Below, one piece after another: positions 1 to 11,465 of a DNA stretch of 64,000 nucleotides. The stretch's first letter is position 1. Every line of letters starts with the position of its first letter. Position numbers and translations under genes: made by a program. Source of the DNA: Williopsis jadinii (Eukaryota); contig AP024667.1 of assembly GCA_024346625.1 (NCBI GenBank), positions 744,001 to 808,000 of the forward strand. Reading direction: 5' to 3'. Under the pieces are notes generated by a model. That model was not told where the DNA came from. It saw nothing but the letters and a program-made list of their open reading frames with translations, and did not search any database.

Positions 1-1368
1 CAAGCGTTGGCAACAATCTTTGAGCTTGCTGATGCATTAAAGTTGCCTGATCCAACAAAATACGTATCACATCAACCAGTTCACCAAGATGGTACATGTA
101 ACGGTTTACAACATTATGCAGCATTGGGTGGTGATGTTGAGGGTGCTAGACAAGTCAACCTAACACCGGCTGAAAGACCACAGGATGTCTACACATTTGT
201 TGCAAACTTGGTAAAGGAGAGATTGGATAAACTTGCCCTTGAAGGTGACGAGTTGGCCATAGTTTTGAAGGATAAAATAAAACGTAAAGTTGTTAAGCAG
301 ACAGTGATGACAAATGTTTATGGTGTGACATATATTGGTGCAACTGCTCAGATTGATAAGCAACTTGCTGATGTTTTCCCAGGTGAGGACACGTACAAGT
401 ATTCCTTGTATCTGACCAAACACGTTTTTGCCTGTATTAGAGAATTATTCGAAGGTGCACATTTAATTCAAGATTGGCTCGCCCTCTGTGCAAAGATGAT
501 TTCTCATTCTGTTCGTATTGATATGGATGCTGATGAGGTCATTCGTTCTGGTGAGAAACCACCACATATGGCTTCAACCATTTGGACTACGCCGTTGAAC
601 TTACCAATTGTTCAACCATATCGCTCTGTTGAGCGTCGTCAAATTGCTACTAATTTGCAGACGATCTATATCAAGGATCCATTTGCGATGAATCCAGTGG
701 ATGCTAGAAAGCAAGTTGCTGCATTCCCTCCAAACTTCATCCATTCTCTTGATGCCACACATATGCTGCTTAGTGCTATTGCCTGCTCAAAAGAGAACCT
801 GGCTTTTGCTGCGGTTCACGATTCTTACTGGACACATGCTTGTGATGTTGATACTATGAACAGATGCCTAAGAGATGAGTTTATCAAGTTGCATGAAGTT
901 GACTTGATTGCACGCTTGAAAGACGAATTCGATGAGAGATACAAGGGATTTTTGAGACTGGTGAAGATTCCAAGAGATTCTGCAGCAGCTAAGATGATCT
1001 TACAACATAGACACAACGTTTCCAAACAGTTGGGGAGACGTGTTACTCTCGGTGATGAGATTTACCTGGAAAGAAAGAGACAACTGTTACTGAACAGTGA
1101 AAACCCTGAGGATCAAAAGAGAGGATTGAACGAAGTCACTACCGTGAGCTTACTCGAAGGCATCGATGTCGATTCTCTGATGCCAGAGCGTAAAACTCGT
1201 GGTAAGAAGAAGAAAGAGATTGAAATCGAAGCTATGGATGCTCTTGATGAATCTGAATCAAAGGCCAGACACATCAAGGTATTGGCTCCATTGAGGCTGC
1301 CTGAGATTCCTCCAAAGGGCGAGTTTGACGTCCAAGAATTGAGAAAGTCACAATACTTCTTCTCATGA
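1..1368 (+). CDS. RPO41: Mitochondrial T7-like RNA polymerase, C-terminal part (5' end lies outside the window)
   Basis: Motifs [56 protein letters not shown] and C-terminal YFFS; frame is open from base 1. Confidence 0.97.
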   Translation, partial: QALATIFELADALKLPDPTKYVSHQPVHQDGTCNGLQHYAALGGDVEGARQVNLTPAERPQDVYTFVANLVKERLDKLALEGDELAIVLKDKIKRKVVKQTVMTNVYGVTYIGATAQIDKQLADVFPGEDTYKYSLYLTKHVFACIRELFEGAHLIQDWLALCAKMISHSVRIDMDADEVIRSGEKPPHMASTIWTTPLNLPIVQPYRSVERRQIATNLQTIYIKDPFAMNPVDARKQVAAFPPNFIHSLDATHMLLSAIACSKENLAFAAVHDSYWTHACDVDTMNRCLRDEFIKLHEVDLIARLKDEFDERYKGFLRLVKIPRDSAAAKMILQHRHNVSKQLGRRVTLGDEIYLERKRQLLLNSENPEDQKRGLNEVTTVSLLEGIDVDSLMPERKTRGKKKKEIEIEAMDALDESESKARHIKVLAPLRLPEIPPKGEFDVQELRKSQYFFS

Positions 1369-1646
1369 TCATTCCCAGACACATATCCTGTACATATTTA
1401 TCCATATGGCTAATAAAAAGTACATATGAAATGAAACTATCTTGCTTTGATTATGCCTCTTACGCTGGTAGCCACGGTGACCAAATAAACGGTTCGGGAA
1501 ACACTTCATCTTCATACTCGTCAAATTCCGGGGAAACACTCACACCGGATTTCAACATCAACATCCATGAAATTTTACTTCAGGGGGGGTCTCTTTTGTC
1601 TTCATCATCAACAAAGAAAACAAATCAGATCAGTGAACACCGAACA

Positions 1647-2024
1647 ATGCCAACTCTTCCAACAGCATTTGCCGAGACCACACGTAGATCACTCACATCA
1701 GCTGATCTCCGTAAGAGAGTTCTCAAGCTGTACAGGGATTACCTGCGTGAAGCGCCATCTTTCATTGAGTTGTATGAGCTTGACATGCCAGTGGCCAGTG
1801 TTAGAACAAAGATCAGACAAGAGTTTGAGCGTTATAGATTTGAGAAGGATTTGTCCATCAACAACATAGTCTATGCCAAAGGTCGTATGGAGTTCCAGGA
1901 ACTGGTTAACTTCTGGAAACAGCAGCCACATGTTTACAAGTACTTTGAACAAGAAGGTGAGACCAACTATGTTCCTCAAGTTGGCGAAGGCGCCTTCATG
2001 AAGAAGTTCCTCAAGGGATTCTGA
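1647..2024 (+). CDS. NB4M: Complex I accessory subunit, LYR family (NDUFA6/NB4M), 125 aa
   Basis: ATG at 1647 gives MPTLPTAFAETTR...RVLKLYRDYLR (LYR motif)...KIRQEFE...NFWKQQPHV...FMKKFLKG; the upstream in-frame extension overlaps the RPO41 terminator and is unlikely to be coding. Confidence 0.88.
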   Translation: MPTLPTAFAETTRRSLTSADLRKRVLKLYRDYLREAPSFIELYELDMPVASVRTKIRQEFERYRFEKDLSINNIVYAKGRMEFQELVNFWKQQPHVYKYFEQEGETNYVPQVGEGAFMKKFLKGF

Positions 2025-2181
2025 ATCTACACTTATTTATTCCTGATGTATTTATTTATATATTTCAAAAACACTATTTATTCTACCTGAAATCTACAAA
2101 GATAAACCATTCAAAACGATGCAATCCAATACTGATCAACCTATGTATATTAATATAAACTCTATGCCATCTCCTCAATGT

Positions 2182-5046
2182 CTAGAAAAGACCTTCAATC
2201 TCACCATCTTCACTCACTTCAACATTCATATAGCCTGCATGTGTTGGCAAACCTGGGATGGTTTGGATCTCATCGGCCAAGGCATACAAGTAACCAGCAC
2301 CGATTGATGCTCTAACATCTCTAATTGGGAATTCAAACCCTGATGGAACACCCTTCAAGTTCGCATCATGGGATAAGGAGTACTGTGTCTTTGCAACACA
2401 GATAGGTAAGTTACCGAATCCTTGCTCTTTATAAGCAGCAATCTTCTTTGCAGCTTGTTCAGAGATGTTGATACCCTTACCATTGTACATCTTGGTGACG
2501 ATGGTGTTCAATTTATCCTCAACTGAAGAGTCAACGTCATAGAGGAACTTGAATTCTTCAGGCTTGGAGTTCTTTGAAGCGTTGATCACCGCTTGTGCCA
2601 GTTTCACTGAACCAGCACCACCTTCAGCCCAGTGGTTTGATTCAACAGCGTCAAACGCACCAGCTTCCTTGGCCAGTCTCTTCACAAGTTCGATCTCAGC
2701 AGGAGTATCATCTTTGAACTGGTTGAGTGCAACAACAACTTGCAAGCCAAACTGTCTAACGTTTTGAATCTGCTTAGCCAAGTTGGCAACACCCTTGGCA
2801 ACGAGATCCAGGTTCTCCTTCGTGTACTCTTCTGGTAAACCCTGGCCTGGTTTGACGTTTGGAGCACCACCGTGTAGCTTGAGAGCTCTCACAGTTGCAA
2901 CAAGCACAACAGCGTTTGGTACAAGGCCAGAGGCACGACATTTGATGTCCAAGAATCTTTCACCACCCATGGTGAAGTCGAAACCGGCTTCAGTGACGAC
3001 GAAGCCTTTTTCTTGGGAAGGTGATGAAGAGCCCAAGAGCTTGAGGCCAAGCTTGTCAGCAATGACAGAGGATGCACCAATGGAAATGTTGGCAAATGGA
3101 CCAGCATGGATGAGCACTGGAGAACCTTCTAACGTTTGCATCAATGTTGGCTTAACAGCATCCTTCAAAAGTGCAGTGATTGCACCTGCTGCGCCCAAAT
3201 CATCCACGGTGATTGGTTCATTCTCGTAGTTGGCACCGATAACAATGTTACCAACACGTCTCTGGAGATCATGGAGGTCCTGAGACAAGGCCAGAATAGC
3301 CATGAGTTCAGAGGCAACAGTGATATCGAATCCAGTCTTACGTGTGAATCCCTTTTCAGTTGGAGCTTCACCAATGGTAACTTGACGAAGGAATCTATCA
3401 TTGACATCGACAACACGCTTAATGGTGATTGTATCTGGGTTGATATTCAATCTGGCAAACTTCTTAACTTCTTCAGGTGTAAGATCATCTGGGTTGGTCT
3501 TGTTGATGCCCAATTTTTGCAATCTCTTCAGCATGGACTTGGTGAATGATCTGGAACCTTTCTTCACAGGAACCAATCTCTTGTAAAAGGTTTCGTCTTT
3601 CTTTTGAGTCAACTCGTGGAAGATTCTGGTGTCAATTGCTGCAGCAAGCAAGTTGTTAGCTGCGCCGATAGCATGGATATCACCTGTCAAATGCATGTTG
3701 AATTCATCCATTGGAATGACCTGAGCGTAACCACCACCGGCAGCACCACCTTTAACACCAAACGTTGGACCCATAGATGGTTGTCTGACATTGGCAATGG
3801 CTGGCACTTTCAGGTGAGCAGACAAAGCCTGTGCCAACCCCATTGTTGTTGTTGACTTTCCTTCACCCAAAGGTGTTGGAGTAATACCAGCCACGAGGAC
3901 GTAGTTGGCATTTTCACGGTCTTTCAAACGTTCATAGGCATCCAGACTGACTTTAGCCTTGAAATGACCAAAGAGCTCCAATTCACTCTCTTTCAATTTC
4001 AATTCTTTTGCAACATCTTTAATCTGTTTTGGAGTTTGAGCTCTGGAAATAGCAATGTCTGAAGGAACAGGTGTCTGTAACTTCAAAGGCAATGTCGAGA
4101 AGACTGGTGAAGCGTGAGACTCTTCCAGTTGTCTCTCAGCAGCCAGCAGCACGTTTTCAACCAGCATAGCAACAGTCATTGGACCAACACCACCTGGAAC
4201 CGGGGTGATGAAAGATGTCTTATCCTTACAAGATTCAAAATCAGCATCACCAACCAATTTTTGACCTGATTTCTTTGAAGCATCTGGGATGTAGTTGATA
4301 CCAACGTCAATGAGAACCGCACCTTGCTTTAACCATTCACCCTTGACATAGTTTGGCTTCCCAATGGCAGCTATGACGATGTCTGCGGTTTTGACAATGT
4401 CTTCCAAGTTCTCTGTTCTGGAGTGACAGACAGTGACAGTAGCGTTTCTCTTTTGGAGTAAGGTGGCCACTGGAATACCAACGATATCTGATCTACCCAA
4501 CACGACAGCTTTCTTACCGCTAATCTCAACACCAGCCTCTTCAAGCAGCTTGATACAACCGTTTGGTGTGCATGGTATAAATTGTGGCTCACCACCTTTC
4601 TTGGACAGCTCACCAATATTGTAACGTCCAAAGCCATCAACGTCTTTCTTGACATCGACAGCATTAGTGATTTTTGTCTCATCCAAGTGTGGAGGAAGAG
4701 GCAATTGGATCAGCAGGCCATGGATGGAATCGTCTTGATTGATCTCTTCAATCTTGTTCAAGAGCTCAAACTCAGTGATGGAGTCATCAAACTTTTCAAT
4801 GTCACAGTCAACACCGGATTCCTTCGACGCCTTCAGCTTCATCTTGACATAGGTGGAGGAGTCTGGTCTCGCACCTATCTGTAGGATCTTCAGCTTTGGC
4901 TGGAACTTTGGATATTCCAACTTGATCTTTTGCACCTTGTCATAAGCGTCCGATCTCAACTTCTTCGAGAGCTTGAGGCCTGAAAGCGTTGTATAGAGCC
5001 TGTTCTGTCTCTTGAGCTGCGACACCAGCTGTGAGTAACGAATCAT
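2182..5046 (-). CDS. MIS1: Mitochondrial C1-tetrahydrofolate synthase (trifunctional)
   Basis: Dehydrogenase/cyclohydrolase domain (TPVPGGVGPMTVAML) plus formyl-THF synthetase domain (GITPTPLGEGKSTT); Arg-rich acid-free presequence MIRYSQLVSQLKRQNRLY from ATG at 5046. Confidence 0.95.
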   Translation of the reverse strand: MIRYSQLVSQLKRQNRLYTTLSGLKLSKKLRSDAYDKVQKIKLEYPKFQPKLKILQIGARPDSSTYVKMKLKASKESGVDCDIEKFDDSITEFELLNKIEEINQDDSIHGLLIQLPLPPHLDETKITNAVDVKKDVDGFGRYNIGELSKKGGEPQFIPCTPNGCIKLLEEAGVEISGKKAVVLGRSDIVGIPVATLLQKRNATVTVCHSRTENLEDIVKTADIVIAAIGKPNYVKGEWLKQGAVLIDVGINYIPDASKKSGQKLVGDADFESCKDKTSFITPVPGGVGPMTVAMLVENVLLAAERQLEESHASPVFSTLPLKLQTPVPSDIAISRAQTPKQIKDVAKELKLKESELELFGHFKAKVSLDAYERLKDRENANYVLVAGITPTPLGEGKSTTTMGLAQALSAHLKVPAIANVRQPSMGPTFGVKGGAAGGGYAQVIPMDEFNMHLTGDIHAIGAANNLLAAAIDTRIFHELTQKKDETFYKRLVPVKKGSRSFTKSMLKRLQKLGINKTNPDDLTPEEVKKFARLNINPDTITIKRVVDVNDRFLRQVTIGEAPTEKGFTRKTGFDITVASELMAILALSQDLHDLQRRVGNIVIGANYENEPITVDDLGAAGAITALLKDAVKPTLMQTLEGSPVLIHAGPFANISIGASSVIADKLGLKLLGSSSPSQEKGFVVTEAGFDFTMGGERFLDIKCRASGLVPNAVVLVATVRALKLHGGAPNVKPGQGLPEEYTKENLDLVAKGVANLAKQIQNVRQFGLQVVVALNQFKDDTPAEIELVKRLAKEAGAFDAVESNHWAEGGAGSVKLAQAVINASKNSKPEEFKFLYDVDSSVEDKLNTIVTKMYNGKGINISEQAAKKIAAYKEQGFGNLPICVAKTQYSLSHDANLKGVPSGFEFPIRDVRASIGAGYLYALADEIQTIPGLPTHAGYMNVEVSEDGEIEGLF

Positions 5047-5153
5047 TGTTAACAAACTGATGAGGTGGAGGTACAACAAAGCCTGGAGCAGCGATCAGTT
5101 TCCTTATAAACCGTTTTTTCTCACTGGCTTTTCTTCCCTGAAACTGCTTTCAC

Positions 5154-5290
5154 ATAAATTTTTTTTTTCACTATGTTTGGCATCTACGTATAAATTTCAC
5201 TTTTTCTCGCATAAGGTTCAGTCCCGAGTCAGCTCATCGCGATGGGATGTCCGGATGAAGTCAACTCGCCCATCATCTTGTGACTCGGGA
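5154..5290. promoter_or_regulatory. Divergent MIS1/PQ-loop promoter: RRPE-like AAATTTTTTTTTCA, PAC-like CTCATCGC, two inverted TGACTC (Bas1/Gcn4-type) sites
   Basis: GAGTCA 5226-5231, TGACTC 5281-5286, CTCATCGC 5233-5240. Confidence 0.45.
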
Positions 5291-5534
5291 TGGATTCCGT
5301 ATAAAACGTGTTCGCGAAGCTTCTTCACACGACAAACCGGTACACGCACACGACCGCCGGCCCCGCGGGCCCCTTTGTTGATATTCCACTCTATACACTT
5401 TTCTTCTCTGATATGGCTATTTGTTTACGGTTTGAGTATCTTTGGACACAGCTGAGTATTCTTTGTTGCTGTTTCTTGTGTGTTTGGGTATCAGCTTACA
5501 CTCTCCGGGTTTCAATACACGAGCAGAGTCAACA

Positions 5535-6317
5535 ATGGCTGTGTTTGAAGTGTGCGATGTCTACAGAGAGCCCAACGTGACCAATTTCGTTGCGTCTCTG
5601 GTGATTGCCGTTGGTATCGTGATATCGTATGTACCGCAATACGTCAAGATAGTGCAGACGCGCACCTCTGTTGGGCTGTCACCGACGTTCCTATTCCTCA
5701 TATCCGTTGCAGGATTCTCTGCGATGTCTAATCTTGTGCTTCTTTCCTCTCTTTCGCTGCCCTGTTGTTCTGAGCTCACCGGGTTCGAATGTGTCAATTC
5801 ACAGGTGAGTCTAATACAGGTTGGTTTGCAGGCAATTTCCACCCTGTTCATCCCGTTGCTGTGTGTCATCTACACCAACACCCCGGACAACACTGAGTAC
5901 GAACAGGTTGTCGAAGCATGGAGAAGAATACTCCTGTATATTGCCACTGTGACGATACTGGTTATCGTTGCGTGTTTTACATTCAGCGCTGCTCACGTTT
6001 TACTCTTTGCGCAGATCCTGGGCGTATTATCAACGGTGATCACATTCATACAGTACATTCCACAGCTCGTGGAAACGTATCACCTCAAGCATTCCGGTGC
6101 GCTGAGTATAGCAATGATGCTGATCCAAACCCCCGGAGGGTTCTTGTGGACCACAACGCTCATCATGAAACCAGGCTCCAATTGGAGTAGTTGGCTACCG
6201 TATTTGGCAGCGGCCTCCTTACAAGGTGTGCTGCTCATGATGTGCATCTACTATGACTACTATCTCACGCCAAAGCAGGCTCTTCTGGATCAACAGAACA
6301 GTCAAAATTATGTCTAA
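5535..6317 (+). CDS. PQ-loop (cystinosin/SWEET-like) membrane transporter, 260 aa
   Basis: Two PQ motifs (ISYVPQYVKI..S.GLS; IQYIPQLVETY..KHSGALS) and about 7 hydrophobic helices; ATG in acaATGg context at 5535. Confidence 0.88.
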   Translation: MAVFEVCDVYREPNVTNFVASLVIAVGIVISYVPQYVKIVQTRTSVGLSPTFLFLISVAGFSAMSNLVLLSSLSLPCCSELTGFECVNSQVSLIQVGLQAISTLFIPLLCVIYTNTPDNTEYEQVVEAWRRILLYIATVTILVIVACFTFSAAHVLLFAQILGVLSTVITFIQYIPQLVETYHLKHSGALSIAMMLIQTPGGFLWTTTLIMKPGSNWSSWLPYLAAASLQGVLLMMCIYYDYYLTPKQALLDQQNSQNYV

Positions 6318-6536
6318 GCACTAACATTGGGGGAGGGGGGAGGTGAACTGTGGCATGATACATCCGCACACCACCTCGACTACCGAATACGGTAGACTTC
6401 CCAATCCGGTAATTTTGGTGAAAGATGAGCAAAAAAATTTACATATGTAAAATCGAGACTAATTCTTTCATGTATACCAGATGCTCTAAGTTTTGTACTA
6501 TATATAGAGAATTATCTTGTGGAACTCCTGCTTAAC

Positions 6537-8288
6537 ATGACAGATATCGTTGCCCCATCGTTATCCACGTACCAAGATGATGTTACCTTCCAGAGATATG
6601 AAGAATCAGAGCATGAAAGGCCATACCTAGGTCCTGGCTGGGAAGCTCATGGTGACCTCACCGGGAAATTGAACGAATACTATAGCATCCCAGAGCTTTG
6701 TGATTATCTCAAACAGAAACATCATGGGAAGAAGAGGTTCAAGAAGATTACTCTTCAGTTTCCTGATGCTCTCGTTGCTGACTCTGCTATCGTGGTCCAA
6801 TTGATACAAAAGGCACTTGAAGAGAACGATAATCATGGCGATGATGTTGAATCAACGGTTGTCATAGAGGCTGTGGATCATAATGACAGTCACAAGCATA
6901 AAGAGAAGGATGACTGTAAGAAGACGTGCTTGAATTGCAAGTGCTCTGATGACATTGAGGGTGAGAAAGACGTCAAACAACAGGTTTGGATACTTGCAGA
7001 TACTGCTTATTCATCATGCTGTATAGATGAAGTCGCAGCAGGTCATGTTGGTTCGGACATTGTGGTGCATTTTGGTGATGCCTGTTTGAACACCATCCAG
7101 AAGCTCCAAGCTGTGTATGTCTTTGGCAAGCCGTACCTGGAGCTTGATAGAGTTGTTGAAAAGTTCAAAGAGACATATTCGACCGAAGATAAGGTCATAT
7201 TGATGGCTGATGCCCCTTATACACGTCATCTACCCGAGCTGTTCAATGCCCTCACACCTTTCTTTGCGAACATTGCGTATGCTGATATTGACTTGGAGCT
7301 GGCAAACAATGCAAAGATTGTGGGCTTTGAGAGCTCTTCACATAGAGAAGTTTTCAGATTCTCCAGCCGTGTGATTAAAGGACTTGAAGAGTTGCAAGAA
7401 GATGACCTGAGCGAGTTCAAGTTGTTTCATATTACAACACCTCAACCTCCACATCTGCTGTTTTTAAGTACCAAATTCTCAGAGATGACCACCTACGAAC
7501 CTATGGATAACTCTACAAACTCTGGCCCATTCCCTTCATTGATGAAAAGGTATAGATACATGCAGATGGCCAGAGCTGCTGGAACTATTGGAATTCTCGT
7601 CAATACGCTATCTTTGAGAAATACCAATGAAGTCATAAAGACAGTCTCCAACAAGATACGAGAGGCAGGCAAGAAGCATTACATGTTTGTCGTTGGTAAG
7701 CCAAACGTTGCCAAGTTGGCAAACTTTGAGTCGATTGAACTTTGGTGTATATTGGGTTGTGGACAAGGTGGCATTATTCTGGATCAGTCCAATGAGTTTT
7801 ATAAGCCAATCATAACACCTTATGAACTGGAAATGGCACTGAATCCAGTGGTGACATGGACTGGTCAGTGGTGTACTGGGTTTGACGAATTATTGAAGGA
7901 AGAACAAGACGCAGAGACCAACTCTGACGAGGATATACCAAATTCCCCAGACAGCAAGGATGATGATGAGGACGATATTCCTCAGTTTAACCCGGTGACT
8001 GGTAAATTGATAAGCACATCTCGTCCACTGAGACAAATTCAACATCTGGAGATTGATGCAGTTTCACAGGACTCCAAGGACCAAGGACAACTGGTGAAGG
8101 CATTTTCAAAGTCATTGGCCATCAAGGGCACGGTATCAACGAGTGCACAGTATCTCCAGAATAGAGCATGGTCGGGCTTGGGAAGTGATTTCACCGATAC
8201 AGATGTTGATCCTGAGGGAGCAGTTGTTGAACAAGGTCGTGGTGGTGTTGCAAGAGGCTACGACTTTGACATCAGAAAAGACAAATAA
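6537..8288 (+). CDS. DPH2: Diphthamide biosynthesis protein 2
   Basis: ITLQFPDALVADS, ILADTAYSSCCIDEVAA, VVHFGDACL, VGKPNVAKLANFE, GRGGVARGY; PAC-like GATGAG and AAAAATTT about 110 bp upstream. Confidence 0.95.
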   Translation: MTDIVAPSLSTYQDDVTFQRYEESEHERPYLGPGWEAHGDLTGKLNEYYSIPELCDYLKQKHHGKKRFKKITLQFPDALVADSAIVVQLIQKALEENDNHGDDVESTVVIEAVDHNDSHKHKEKDDCKKTCLNCKCSDDIEGEKDVKQQVWILADTAYSSCCIDEVAAGHVGSDIVVHFGDACLNTIQKLQAVYVFGKPYLELDRVVEKFKETYSTEDKVILMADAPYTRHLPELFNALTPFFANIAYADIDLELANNAKIVGFESSSHREVFRFSSRVIKGLEELQEDDLSEFKLFHITTPQPPHLLFLSTKFSEMTTYEPMDNSTNSGPFPSLMKRYRYMQMARAAGTIGILVNTLSLRNTNEVIKTVSNKIREAGKKHYMFVVGKPNVAKLANFESIELWCILGCGQGGIILDQSNEFYKPIITPYELEMALNPVVTWTGQWCTGFDELLKEEQDAETNSDEDIPNSPDSKDDDEDDIPQFNPVTGKLISTSRPLRQIQHLEIDAVSQDSKDQGQLVKAFSKSLAIKGTVSTSAQYLQNRAWSGLGSDFTDTDVDPEGAVVEQGRGGVARGYDFDIRKDK

Positions 8289-8366
8289 TCATGACATTAA
8301 GATACGTGCATTGAATGATACCTTAGACAGATACATACCACATATCTATGCTATCTCTAAAGGATT

Positions 8367-10671
8367 TTATATGGCAACGAACCCAAACTGTACCTGTACT
8401 TGTAATCCTCGATTTTGACCTTCACCATCCTGATTATTCCCTTGAGCTCTCTGGCCACGTCTTGCCTGTTGCATTAGTTGACGTTGTTGAAACCAAAACA
8501 GCGTGGTGAAGATAACCAAAGCTATAGCTGGCACTAAGAACGACTCCCAATCAAAGTTGTCAAAGAATCCGTTATCGTCTTGGATAACAAATTCACCGTT
8601 GTCATCAACTTCGTCGACAATTGGTGCACCTTCTTCCTCTTGCGTATCACCGGACCCTCGAACTTTGTAGTACAAGTTCTTCCAATCACTCCAGGTTCTC
8701 TTGTTGCTGATATCTTTCTCAGCAGATGGGAGTGTTGTAGAGCCCCAGAGATTGCCTATGATGCTCTTGATGCGAAGTTTCAAAGAGCCATCTGTGCCGG
8801 TAGATATGCCTTTGCATCAATACTCAAGGCCAAATCATAATATCTTTTTGCAAGATGAAAGTCCTTATCCACTCCCAATCCCATCTCATACAACCAGCCC
8901 ATGTTGAATGTTGCCTGGCTTGATCTTTTGGACACAGTTTCGTAGCACGCCATGGCATTGTCATACTCACCAATGTCGAAGTACATGTCTCCTAGCCACA
9001 CTGCTGAATCCGTATTATGCTGAGTACTTGATCTTTTGATATACGCCAATGCCATCTCTTTACGCTCCTTTGTCGTGATTGGCGGTGATTCAAGCATCGA
9101 AGGTGGACTGTATAGTAAGTATGCTGCAGATGCTTGTGCTTGCTCGAAACCTTGCTCAGCAGCCATGGCATAGCCTATCAATGCGTTTGAGGTTCTCCCT
9201 TCAATCAGCTCAAAGAATGCCCATTCCAGTGAGGTTACCAATGGATCAAAGTGCTCGCAGTAGTACTTCAGAGCTGAGGCAACATGAGGAGCATCCTTCT
9301 TCTGCTTCGTCTCATAGGTAAGATCTGAAAACAAGTACATTGCTGGGTAGTGGCCGTGAAGAGCAGACGATTCGATGATCTTAGCTGCGTTCTTCTTCTC
9401 ATCCTCGGTGCCATGGAACCATTTGAAACGACCGTACTCGTACTTGTTTGTAGATCCCTTCTTTGCAAACATTTCAAAGTATTCATGAGCCATTGTGATG
9501 TTTCTAACGTCTGGAGTTCCTTGTTCGTAGATAAGCCCTAAGGCTGCATACGACATACTCAGCTCGTATACCTTGCTCGTCATCTCAAAGAGTCGTATGG
9601 CCTCTGTATGATTGACTGCCATTCCTTCACCACGCATGTTCATCTTTCCCAGAAGGTATAAACATCTCGAGGTGTAAAACTGTTCAGGTATCGACAAGAT
9701 GTCTGTCAAAGGAAGCCCTTCTTCAACACACAATTTACAGTATTTAGCAGCTTCCTTGAAGTTTCTCTTCCTTGTGTAAGAGCCTTCGTATGCGTTGATT
9801 GCCTTATAGTAGAAGAAGTCAACCTCTGTAGCAACGTCATTCATGTTGTTATTATCAATGATATCGTCAAACCGATCCGATCTTCTCGTCAGTGAGCTCG
9901 GAATATCGCCAACTCCCTTGCCATAGATCCCATCGTTCCAGTCAGCAATCCGTATATTGTAGCTATCCACATCTGGTCCACCAATTGGACCTGAGTCGTA
10001 CCATTGCTTCAGAGAGTTCGCAACTTGCTGATAATAGAACAATGCCTGGTCCCAATCAACAGAGAGGCCCACACCGTTGATATATCTATAGCCCAGTGCC
10101 ATGGCTGCCCTCAAATCACCGTTCTCATAAGCAAACTTGTAGAACAGGTTGGCCTTCGCCTGGTTCTGTTCCATCTGTCCAAACAGCCCAGTAGCATACA
10201 TGAACCCCAGGTTATAATACGCTGTTGCGTTTGATTCGGCCTCCACAACGGCATGGTAGTATCTTAACGCATTGGAAGCGTTCTGTGGGAAGGACCAGTT
10301 GCCATACATGTTGATGTCAGCCAACGTGTAAGAGGCGTCGACGTTCCCCAAGGCAGAGCTCTCTTCAAGAAGCGAGTACGCCTCTCTATGTACGTCTGTG
10401 AGGTTCTGTTCCTTGTACGACACCACCATCGACTCCCACTCAGGATCATAGTCCATGGGGATGCTTATCACCGTTTTCGAGTTTGGTGAGTGGTTTGAGA
10501 AGGTGAACTGTGGTATAGTCGATAGTAGTGTGATTGCCTTTGTATACAAGGCCACATCATCAAGACAGTATATCGATACTATTAAAGAAGCTGCACGCGG
10601 TGTTAGTGTCAGGAGTTCATTGTAGTGCATAGAGCTTAGAGCAGCTTACCCAATACCAGATAGGACTTCAT
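8367..10671 (-). CDS. HRD3: HRD ubiquitin-ligase complex subunit Hrd3/SEL1L. Exon 1 10671-10650, intron 10649-10591, exon 2 from 10590; reading frame broken by a -1 shift at about 8783
   Basis: Sel1 repeats (LGFMYATG, AAMALGYRY..G, AAEQGFEQAQ, FNMGWLYEMGLGVDKDFHLAKRYYD). Splicing gives signal peptide MKSYLVLASLIVSIYC. ORF 8783-8367 continues LKLRIKS and carries the TM helix FLVPAIALVIFTTLFWF. Confidence 0.9.
10591..10649 (-). other. Spliceosomal intron in HRD3 (59 nt)
   Basis: GTAAGC donor, CACTAAC branch, CAG acceptor; splicing is in frame and creates a hydrophobic signal peptide. Confidence 0.85.
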
Positions 10672-10857
10672 TATTGTACAAGATGGCTCCAATGGTGTCG
10701 GTGTACAGTGAGTATTATATCATGTGGATGGCAGTAACAGGGTGGAATTTTCCACTACATACGGAGACGAAAACTATGAGAAAATTCAATGAACTACAAC
10801 AATGAACCACGACAACAAAGGCAGGACCTTGGAAGCATGGCACTAGACCAATGAACG

Positions 10858-11283
10858 ATGGCACCAGCAATATCAATTGAATCGTATGAAGAGCAATTGC
10901 CCGGTTTCCTCGCCAACTTATCGAGGCAACCGAATGTGCAGAACCCACTCATTAAGCACCATCCGGGATCACCTTCAACGCTCCAATTCACCACCACGGT
11001 CTCTGAGGACCTCCAGTACGTGATCATGGTGACATACCATTCGTCATACCTCACACCAGTGGTCTACTTCAGAACGTGTCGAAGAGTTGAAGATGGCTGG
11101 ACGCTGGCGTACGACTGTTCCTCAGTACGCTCGCACTGCTCAATTGAAGAGTTCAGAGGCTCGAATTGGGCATTTATACACCCGTGTGATACCGACGAGC
11201 TCATTCTGAACGGCTCTCTCGTCTCATGGGCCTCGATATACCTCCAACCACTGCTTCCACTAGTATCAACTGCCTGGATGTAA
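10858..11283 (+). CDS. ATG10: Autophagy E2-like conjugating enzyme Atg10-like, 141 aa
   Basis: YHSSYLTPVVYFR and catalytic WAFIHPCDT motifs, C-terminal LVSWASIYL. Confidence 0.8.
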   Translation: MAPAISIESYEEQLPGFLANLSRQPNVQNPLIKHHPGSPSTLQFTTTVSEDLQYVIMVTYHSSYLTPVVYFRTCRRVEDGWTLAYDCSSVRSHCSIEEFRGSNWAFIHPCDTDELILNGSLVSWASIYLQPLLPLVSTAWM

Positions 11284-11465
11284 CCGTAGTTAGGGTATTC
11301 AGTCATACTGAGATTTACACAGCACCTCAGTAAATCACAGCATGGGCCCCAGTCTGTCGTCCTGGTTATAATACACACCATACAATTCGTAAGTATATAT
11401 CTACAAACAACAACATTCACCACAGGCTTGCAAGGTAGTCATAATCTCAAGTGCTCAGTTCAACG

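Noticed and set aside
1365..1646. N-terminal extension of the LYR protein overlapping the RPO41 stop (ATGA)
   Set aside because: Covers terminator and promoter sequence; the family start is at 1647
8367..8783. Independent 138-aa membrane-protein gene
   Set aside because: Starts with TTG overlapping the HRD3 stop and matches the expected Hrd3 C-terminus
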